From positions 448,001 to 512,000 of the forward strand of contig CAVWFS010000008.1 in NCBI GenBank assembly GCA_963754315.1: a DNA stretch of 64,000 bases, written 5' to 3'. The stretch's first letter is position 1, and every line of letters begins with the position of its first letter. Shown one piece after another: positions 56,637-64,000 of the stretch. Source of the stretch: an uncultured Candidatus Rokubacteria bacterium. Lineage in GTDB: Bacteria > Methylomirabilota > Methylomirabilia > Rokubacteriales > CSP1-6. Position numbers and translations under genes: made by a program. The notes under the pieces were generated by a model. That model saw only the letters and a list, made by a program, of their open reading frames with translations, ran no database searches and was not told the origin of the DNA.

Positions 56637-57800
56637 ATGCCGTCCTTTCCAGGGTATCGACTGCCAGACGAACTGATTGCCCTCCGCGAGCAGGTGCGGC
56701 GTTTTATCAGAGACGAGATCCTCCCGCTGGAGCAGCGTCTCGATCCCGACGCGCCCGAGATCCCTGACGCGGACTTCGCCCGTCTTTCCGGGAAGACCAA
56801 GGCGGCCGGCCTCTGGTGCCTGGGCGTGCCCGAGCAGTACGGTGGGGGCGGGCTCGACACGTTCAGCATGTCCGTACTCCTCGAGGAGATGTCGCAACAT
56901 CGCATGGGCCTCTACAACCCGGGCTGTGGTGTCTTTGGACGTCCGCCAGCGCCTTTCATCTTCGGGGGCAGCCGGGAGCAGATCGAGCGCTATGCGATTC
57001 CGGCCATCCGGGAGGGACACCTTACCTTTTTCGCCATCACCGAGCCGAGCGGCGGTTCGGATCCAGCCGGCGCCATCCAGACGACGGCCGTCAAGCGCGG
57101 CGATCACTGGGTCCTGAACGGCACCAAGATGTTCACCTCGCGCGCCCACGTGGGTGAGTGGGGCGTGGTCTTCGCGCGGACCGACCGCAGCAAGGGCCGG
57201 GCTGGCATCAGCGCGTTCATCGTCGAAAAGGGGACGCCGGGCTTCACGGCGCGCCCCATCCGGACGATCCGAACCTCGGCCGTCCCGTGCGAGGTAGCCC
57301 TGGAGGACTGCCAGGTTCCTCTGGAGAACCTGGTCGGGAAAGAGGGGTCGGGTCTCGATCTGGCGCTCGGCGGCTTGGTGCGCCAGCGCTTCCCGTACTC
57401 CGCCTGCAACCTCGGGGTGGCCGTGGCCGCCCACCGCATGGCGGTAGCCCACGCCAAGCAGCGCTCGACCTTCGGGGTGCCGCTGAGCCAGCGGCAGGCC
57501 ATTCAGTGGATGCTCGTCGACGCCGAGGTGGAGATGCGGGCTGCGCGCTGGCTCATTTGGGAGGGCGCCTGGAAGGCCGACCGTGGTGAGGACGCCAGGG
57601 TCGAGGCATCCGTCGCCAAGCTCTACTCCAGCGAAGTATTGGGGCGCGTCATCGACACGGCCGTCCAGGTACACGGCGGCTACGGGGTGGCCAAAGAGTT
57701 TCCGCTCGAGCGATGGTATCGCGAGGCACGCGTGCGCCGGATCGGGGAGGGGCCATCGGAAGTTCAACGCATGGTCATTGCGCGCTCGCTCTTCCGCTGA
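56637..57800 (+). CDS. Acyl-CoA dehydrogenase family protein
   Basis: FAITEPSGGSD, LNGTKMF, R.TFG.PL, QVHGGYG, RIGEGPSEVQR. Confidence 0.93.
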   Translation: MPSFPGYRLPDELIALREQVRRFIRDEILPLEQRLDPDAPEIPDADFARLSGKTKAAGLWCLGVPEQYGGGGLDTFSMSVLLEEMSQHRMGLYNPGCGVFGRPPAPFIFGGSREQIERYAIPAIREGHLTFFAITEPSGGSDPAGAIQTTAVKRGDHWVLNGTKMFTSRAHVGEWGVVFARTDRSKGRAGISAFIVEKGTPGFTARPIRTIRTSAVPCEVALEDCQVPLENLVGKEGSGLDLALGGLVRQRFPYSACNLGVAVAAHRMAVAHAKQRSTFGVPLSQRQAIQWMLVDAEVEMRAARWLIWEGAWKADRGEDARVEASVAKLYSSEVLGRVIDTAVQVHGGYGVAKEFPLERWYREARVRRIGEGPSEVQRMVIARSLFR

Positions 57801-57807
57801 CGATCGC

Positions 57808-59136
57808 GTGAAAGAGCTCTGGCCGCCGCTCGTTTTCCTCTGCGTGGCGGCGGCCCTGCTCCCCGGGTGTCGCGAGGGTGCCCAGTCACCGTCATCCTCG
57901 CCGCTGGAGGTCGACGTGACCCCCGTCGTTCAGCGTGACGTGACGATTCACGGCGAATGGATCGGCACCACGACCGGCTACGTCGACGCCCAGATTCGCG
58001 CGCTGGTGGCCGGTTACCTCATGAGCCAGAACTACAAGGAAGGCTCCCTCGTCCGCAAGGGAGATCTGCTGTTCCAGATCGATCCCCGTCCCTATCAGGC
58101 CGCCCTCGACGAGGCGCGGGCCAAGCTCAAGCAGGCGGAATCCGAGGTTCTGCAGGCCAGGGCCGAGGTCAAACAAGCCGAATCGGGGGTGGACGAGGCC
58201 AACGCCCTGGTCGGCCAGGCTCAGGCCGACGTGACCCGGGCTGAGGCCAATCAGCGCCGGACCGCGCTCGACGTCGACCGCTACACACCCCTGGCCCAGG
58301 ATGGTTCCGTCAGCCAGCAGGAGCTGGACGACGCGGTCCAGAACAATCTTGCCAACAAGGCGGCCGTGGTGGCGGCCAAGGGAAACGTAGTCCGCGCCCA
58401 GGCCGGAGTCGTCACGGCGCAGGCCAACGTGTCGCGCAAGCAGGCCAACGTAGCCCGCGCCCTGGCGGATGTGGAGCGAGCGCAAGCCGGGATCGAGCAG
58501 GCGGCTCTCAACCTGAGCTTCTCCCGGGCCACCTCCCCCATCGATGGTATCGCCGGGATCCGGGCGGCCAACATCGGCGACGTAGTCGGTCGTGATCAGA
58601 ACACCCTACTCACCACCGTGTCCCAGGTCGATCCGCTGTACGTCGAGTTCCCCATCGCGGAGCAAGAGTTCCTGAAGGTGGCCGCTGCCTGGGAGGCCTC
58701 CACCCGTGGAACGGGGGAGAAGATCGCGCTCGAGCTGATCCTCTCTGACGGCAAGGTCTATCGTCATCCGGGCCGGCTCGACATCGTGGGGCGCAGCGTC
58801 GACGTGACCACCGGCACCTTGCGCATCCGGGGACTCTTTCCGAACCCCGACAACCTCATGCGTCCCGGTCAGTACGCGAAGGTTCGGGCTCCGCTCGAGG
58901 TCCGCCGCGACGCTCTCCTCGTCCCCCAGAAGGCGGTGCAGCAGCTGCAGGGGATCTACCAGCTGGCGGTGGTGACGGCCGACAATACGGTGCAGTTCCG
59001 CACGGTGAAGGTGGGGCCACGGGTGGGGCCCCTGTGGATCATTGACGATGGTCTCCGGCCCGGCGAGCGGGTGATCGTCGACGGGCTACTGCGGGTGAAG
59101 GCCGCCGAGACTGTGCGTCCGAAGCTCGTGCCGTAG
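57808..59136 (+). CDS. RND efflux periplasmic adaptor subunit with extended coiled-coil hairpin
   Basis: LPGC lipobox, V.KGDLLFQIDPRPY, SPIDG, TTGT, MRPGQY. Confidence 0.9.
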   Translation: MKELWPPLVFLCVAAALLPGCREGAQSPSSSPLEVDVTPVVQRDVTIHGEWIGTTTGYVDAQIRALVAGYLMSQNYKEGSLVRKGDLLFQIDPRPYQAALDEARAKLKQAESEVLQARAEVKQAESGVDEANALVGQAQADVTRAEANQRRTALDVDRYTPLAQDGSVSQQELDDAVQNNLANKAAVVAAKGNVVRAQAGVVTAQANVSRKQANVARALADVERAQAGIEQAALNLSFSRATSPIDGIAGIRAANIGDVVGRDQNTLLTTVSQVDPLYVEFPIAEQEFLKVAAAWEASTRGTGEKIALELILSDGKVYRHPGRLDIVGRSVDVTTGTLRIRGLFPNPDNLMRPGQYAKVRAPLEVRRDALLVPQKAVQQLQGIYQLAVVTADNTVQFRTVKVGPRVGPLWIIDDGLRPGERVIVDGLLRVKAAETVRPKLVP

Positions 59137-59144
59137 GCGCCCCC

Positions 59145-62100
59145 ATGTCGCGCTTCTTCATCAACCGGCCGGTGGTGGCCATGGTGATCGCCATCCTCAT
59201 CGTGCTGGCCGGACTCGTGACATTCCAGCGGCTGCCCGTGGCCCAGTTTCCCGACATCGCGCCGCCCGAGATTTCCATCCGGACCATGTATGTGGGCGCC
59301 GACGCCCTCACCATCGAAGAATCGGTAGCCACTCCCATCGAGCAGACCATGACGGGGGTGGACAACATGATCTACATGCGGTCCTACAACGTGAACGACG
59401 GCACCATGAACCTGCGCGTCGACTTCGAGGTTGGGACCGACCCCAACGTCGACAATGTCCTCACCTATATCCGTCTCGCCCAGGCCATTCCCCAGCTTCC
59501 GTCGGCCGTGCAGAAGTTCGGTCTCTCCGTGCTGAAGGCCCACACGAGCCCGCTGGCCATCTTCGCGCTCTACTCCCCCAAGGGCACCTACGACGCGACG
59601 TTCCTGGCCAACTACGCCTACGTCAACATCAACGATCCCATGACGCGGGTGAACGGCATCGGGCAGGTGCTCATTCAGGGTGCCGGCCAGTACGCCATGC
59701 GGCAGTGGCTGAAGCCAGACCAGCTGGCCAGCCTGGGGGTCACCGTCACCGATATCGTCAATGCCCTCGAGAAGCAGAATGTCATCAACGCGGCGGGCCA
59801 GGTGGGAGCGGAGCCTTCGCCACCGGGCCAGCAATTCACCTACACCATGCGCACCCAGGGCCGTCTGGTCACCGACGAGGAGTTCGGCGCCATCGTCATC
59901 CGCGCCACCCCCGATGGCTCCGTCATCCGCATGCGTGATGTGGCGCGGGTGGAGCTGGGAGCGCAGACCTACAACAACATCGGCCGGCTGAACGGATCCC
60001 CGGCGGCCATCATCAGCATCTTCCAGCTCCCCGGCTTCAACGCGGTGGAGGCCATGCAGGGTGCTCGCCGCCTCATGGAGGAGCTGAAGACGAGGTTTCC
60101 GGTGGACATGGATTACGTCGTGTCCCTTGATACGACGCTCGCCGTCACCGAGGGGATCCAGGAGATATATCGGACCCTCTGGCAGGCCCTCCTGCTCGTC
60201 ATCCTGGTGGTCTTCGTCTTCTTGCAGTCGATCCGGGCCACCCTGATCCCCGCCGCGGCCGTGCCCGTGTCCCTCATCGGGACGTTCGCCTTCTTTCCCT
60301 ACTGGGGTTCTCGGTCAACACCCTCTCGCTGTTCGGGCTCGTGCTCGCCATCGGGCTCGTGGTGGATGACGCCATCGTGGTGGTGGAGGCGGTGGAGAAG
60401 CAGCTCGAGAATGGCTTGTCTCCGAAGGAAGCGGCGATCCAGGCCATGTCCGAGGTCTCCGGTCCGGTGGTGGCCATCGCGCTCATCCTCATTGCCGTCT
60501 TCGTCCCCACCGCCTTCATCCCGGGTGTCACCGGGCGTCTCTACCAGCAGTTCGCGGTGACCATTGCCATCTCGGTCGCCATCTCCGCCTTCACCGCCCT
60601 CACCCTGAGCCCTGCCCTCTGCGCCCTTCTCCTGAAGCCCCACGCCGAGCGACGACACGGGCCGTTGGGTGTCCTGTTCGGGGCGTTCAATCGCGGCTTC
60701 GCACGGGCGACCAACGGTTACGTGGGAGTCTGCGGGGCTCTCATCCGGAAGTCTGCCGCCGCCATTCTCTTCCTGGTCGCGGTGGCGGCCGGGGCGGGGT
60801 TGCTGGGCTGGAAGCTCCCGGACGGATTCCTCCCCACCGAGGACCAGGGGTATCTCTACCTGAACGTGCAGCTCCCGGAGGCGGCTGCGCTGCCTCGCAC
60901 CGACGCCGTCATGCGCAAGATCGAGAGGATCCTGGCCGATACGCCGGGCGTGCGCCACTACAGCTCCATCACCGGCTACAGTCTGCTCGACTACATCAAC
61001 GCGACCTACTTCGGGTTCTTCTTTGTCACCCTCGATCCATGGAGCGAGCGCCGCACAGCATCGACGAGCTTGAGCGGGATCATGAGCGCCATCAACCAGC
61101 GCCTTGACCAGCTGCCCGATGCGCGGGCCACTGCGTTTCCCCCTCCTGCCATCGCGGGAGTGGGCACGTCGGGAGGCTTCAGCCTCATGCTCCAGGATCG
61201 GGCCGGCAAGTCGGTAGATTTCCTGGCCACCAACGTGAACCGCTTTCTCGATACAGCGCGCAAGCGACCGGAGCTGACGCGACTGCATAGCTCGCTCATC
61301 GCCAACGTTCCCCAGGTGTACGCCGACGTCGACCGCGACAAGGTTCTCAAGCAAGAGGTCGACCTGGAGGACGTCTACCGAACCTTGAACGCCTTCATGG
61401 GCTCGCTCTTCGTGAACTACTTCAACCGCTTCGGGCGGCAGTGGCAGGTCTACATCGGAGCCGAGGGTCAGTACCGGACGCGCGCGGAGGACATCGGGCA
61501 GTTCTACGTCCGGAACAAACGAGGCCAGATGGTGCCCCTTTCCGCCATCGTGACCCTCGAGACCCGCGCCGGCCCCGAGTACACGAATCGCTTCAACGAG
61601 TATCGGGCGGCGGAGATTCAGGGGGGCGCTGCGCCCGGCTACAGTTCCGGCCAGGCCATGGACGCGCTGGAGGAGGTCGCCCGACAGGTGCTGCCGGCGG
61701 AGATGGGCTATGCGTGGAATGCACTCTCGTACCAGCAGCACCGGGCAGCGCAGCAAGCGAATCCCGTGATCATCTTCGGCTTGTCGCTGCTCGTCGTTTT
61801 CCTCATCCTGGCCGCGCAATACGAGAGCTGGTCTCTGCCCTTCAGCGTTCTGCTGGCCACGCCCATCGCGGTCTTCGGGGCTCTGCTCGCCCTCTGGCTT
61901 CGGCGCTTCGAGAACGACGTGTATGCGCAGATCGGGCTGGTGATGCTCATCGGGTTAGCGGCCAAGAATGCCATCCTCATCGTGGAGTTTGCGCGGGCGT
62001 CGCGCGCACGAGGCACGCCGATCGCAGAGGCGGCCCTGGCCGGCGCCCGGCTGCGGCTGCGGCCAATTTTGATGACGGCGTTTGCCTTCATTTTCGGCGC

Positions 62101-62275
62101 GCTGCCCCTGGCCATGGCCACCGGCTCAGGCGCCGTCGCTCGCCAGATCCTCGGGACAGCGGTGGTGGGCGGCATGCTTGCGGCCACCACGATCGCCATT
62201 TTCATCGTTCCCGTCGCCTACTACGTGGTCGGACGACTGGCGGCGCCCATGTCTGCGAAAGGACCCCCCTCATGA
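59145..62275 (+). CDS. RND efflux permease (AcrB/HAE1 family), frameshift near 60300
   Basis: FFINRPV, QFPDIAPP, AIGLVVDDAIVVVE, KNAILIVEF, RLRPILMT; the two ORFs join with one extra base at ttccct-actgggg. Confidence 0.92.
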
Positions 62276-63708
62276 GACGAACCACCTACCCGTTCGCCCT
62301 GGGAGTCATGCTGATCGTCATCGTCGGCTGCGCGGTGGGTCCCGATTACCGTCGACCCGAGATGAGTGCCCCCGCGGCCTTCCGGGGGGAAACGGGCCCC
62401 CCCGAAGCCACCTCGTTGGCCGACCTGCCATGGTGGGAAGTGTTCCGCGACCCGGCCCTCACCAGCCTGGTCCACGAGGCGCTGGCCGGTAACTATGATT
62501 TGAAGATCGCGATCGCTCGCGTGGGGCAGGCCCGCGCCCTGGCGGGCGTCGCCCGGGCCGAGTTCTTTCCCTGGATCGACTACAGCGCCGGCGCCCAGCG
62601 CGCCCGCGGGGTCTTCAAGTTCGTTCCCGAGCTCGAGCTGCCAGCCGGCGGCACCGACAACTTGTTTATCGGGGGCCTCGCGGCCACCTGGGAAATCGAT
62701 GTGTGGGGCAGGATTCGACGCGCGAACGAAGCCGCTCGCGCCGAGCTCTTGGCCAGCGAAGAGGCGCGCCGAGGGATACTGCTCAGCCTGGTCAGCGATG
62801 TCGCCCAGGCCTACTTCGAATTGCTGGCGCTGGACCTCCGGCTGACCATCGCCCAGAGCGCGACGGACTCTTTTCAGAGAACCTACACCCTATTTCGCCG
62901 CCGCTTCGAGGGCGGGGTGGCCTCCACCCTGCAGACGTCCCGTGCCGAAGGCGCCCTCGCCTCAACGGCGGCCACGATTCCCGATCTCCAGCGGCGGATT
63001 GCCATCAGGGAGAACCAAATCAATGTGCTCCTCGGCCGCGATCCAGGCCCGGTCCCACGCGGGGTACTGCTCGTCGAGCAGCAGATGCCGCCCGCTGTCC
63101 CTCCCGGATTGCCGTCCCTTCTCCTCGAGCGCCGGCCCGACGTGAGGGAGGCCGAGCAACGCCTCGTGAAGGCCAACGCGGAGATCGGGGTAGCCAAGGC
63201 CGCCTTCTTCCCTAAAATCGGGCTCACCGCCTTGCTCGGCGCCGTGAGCCCTGAGCTGTCCGCGCTCACCAGTGGCACCGCCAGCCTGTGGGCGCTTGCC
63301 GGTTCTCTGACCGGCCCGATCTTTCAGGGCGGCCGAATTCGTGCGGGCTATCAGGCATCGATGGCCGCCTGGGAACAGGCCAGGCTCCAGTACGAGGTCA
63401 CGGCCATCCGGGCCTTTCAGGAGGTCTCGGACGCACTGGTGAGCCTCGAGAAGCTGGCCAGGTTCGAGGCCGAGCAGACCCGGTCGGTGACGGCGCTCGA
63501 GCAGAGCGTACGCGTGGCGAACCGCCGCTACCTCGGGGGCCTGGCCAGCTACTACGAGGTGCTGGAAGCGCAGCAGCTGCTGTTCCCGGCCCAGGATCTC
63601 CTGGCGCGGGTCCGGCGCGACCGGTTCGTGGCCCTGGTCACACTCTACAAGGCCCTCGGCGGTGGCTGGAATCTCACCGAGCCCCAGTGGCAGGCCAACG
63701 CCAGGTAG
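62272..63708 (+). CDS. Efflux outer membrane factor (OprM/NodT family lipoprotein)
   Basis: GCAVGPDY lipobox, WEIDVWGRIRR, LLERRPDV, LYKALGGGW. Confidence 0.92.
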   Translation: MRRTTYPFALGVMLIVIVGCAVGPDYRRPEMSAPAAFRGETGPPEATSLADLPWWEVFRDPALTSLVHEALAGNYDLKIAIARVGQARALAGVARAEFFPWIDYSAGAQRARGVFKFVPELELPAGGTDNLFIGGLAATWEIDVWGRIRRANEAARAELLASEEARRGILLSLVSDVAQAYFELLALDLRLTIAQSATDSFQRTYTLFRRRFEGGVASTLQTSRAEGALASTAATIPDLQRRIAIRENQINVLLGRDPGPVPRGVLLVEQQMPPAVPPGLPSLLLERRPDVREAEQRLVKANAEIGVAKAAFFPKIGLTALLGAVSPELSALTSGTASLWALAGSLTGPIFQGGRIRAGYQASMAAWEQARLQYEVTAIRAFQEVSDALVSLEKLARFEAEQTRSVTALEQSVRVANRRYLGGLASYYEVLEAQQLLFPAQDLLARVRRDRFVALVTLYKALGGGWNLTEPQWQANAR

Positions 63709-63776
63709 GTTGGCAAGAACGCCCGATTCGCGCATCATAGGGGTCCGGCGAGGTACTCTCTCGAGGAGGAGGGTTC

Positions 63777-64000
63777 ATGAAGACCTTCGATCGCAAGGCG
63801 CAGGATGTCGGCAACATCGTGGCTTTGGAGCACGTGAACGTGTGGATCGCCGACCAAGGGCTATGCACACTCTTCTACGTGGTCGGGCTCGGGGGGACCC
63901 GCGATCCCTACCTGATGGTCAGCACCGAGAACATGTGGGTGAACTTCGGTCAGGAGCAATTTCACTTGATCACCAACAAGCCCCAGGTGTTGCGCGGCCA
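63777..64000 (+). CDS. VOC-like protein, N-terminal part (runs off window)
   Basis: Own translation: MKTFDRKAQDVGNIVALEHVNVWIADQ...FYVVGLG.TRDPYL...QFHL; GAGGAG RBS. Confidence 0.7.
   Translation, partial: MKTFDRKAQDVGNIVALEHVNVWIADQGLCTLFYVVGLGGTRDPYLMVSTENMWVNFGQEQFHLITNKPQVLRG

Overview
High-GC bacterial chromosomal region, dense in catabolic and redox genes. The gene repertoire and intergenic repeats resemble Candidatus Rokubacteria/Methylomirabilota (inference, not verified). It encodes two MetE-II-type enzymes, a ThDP enzyme with a class III CoA-transferase, a multicopper oxidase, an orphan CoxL/xanthine-dehydrogenase-family large subunit, and a decayed toxin-antitoxin/hsdM/rhuM hotspot next to a duplicated 3' end of an FAH-family gene. 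It also holds a ~14.6 kb operon (LLM oxidoreductase, Liv-type ABC transporter, hydantoinase/oxoprolinase A+B, D-amino acid dehydrogenase, HpaB-type hydroxylase, Gfo/Idh/MocA, LVIVD protein), several amidohydrolases, a Rieske oxygenase with paired acyl-CoA dehydrogenases, and an RND efflux operon. The most interesting signal, missed by the ORF track, is a minus-strand three-gene unit at 18699-21112: an HD-domain protein, a TDGLP-motif protein, and a probable selenoprotein whose in-frame TGA (18951-18953) sits in a U-G-S-C motif and is followed by a hairpin. Other hidden features are a tRNA-Lys-like 3' half fused to a stop codon at 45949-45989 (possible island attachment scar) and a dispersed multi-hairpin repeat family. 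About ten genes carry single-base indels, many in homopolymer runs, which points to long-read consensus errors; pseudogene calls need caution.
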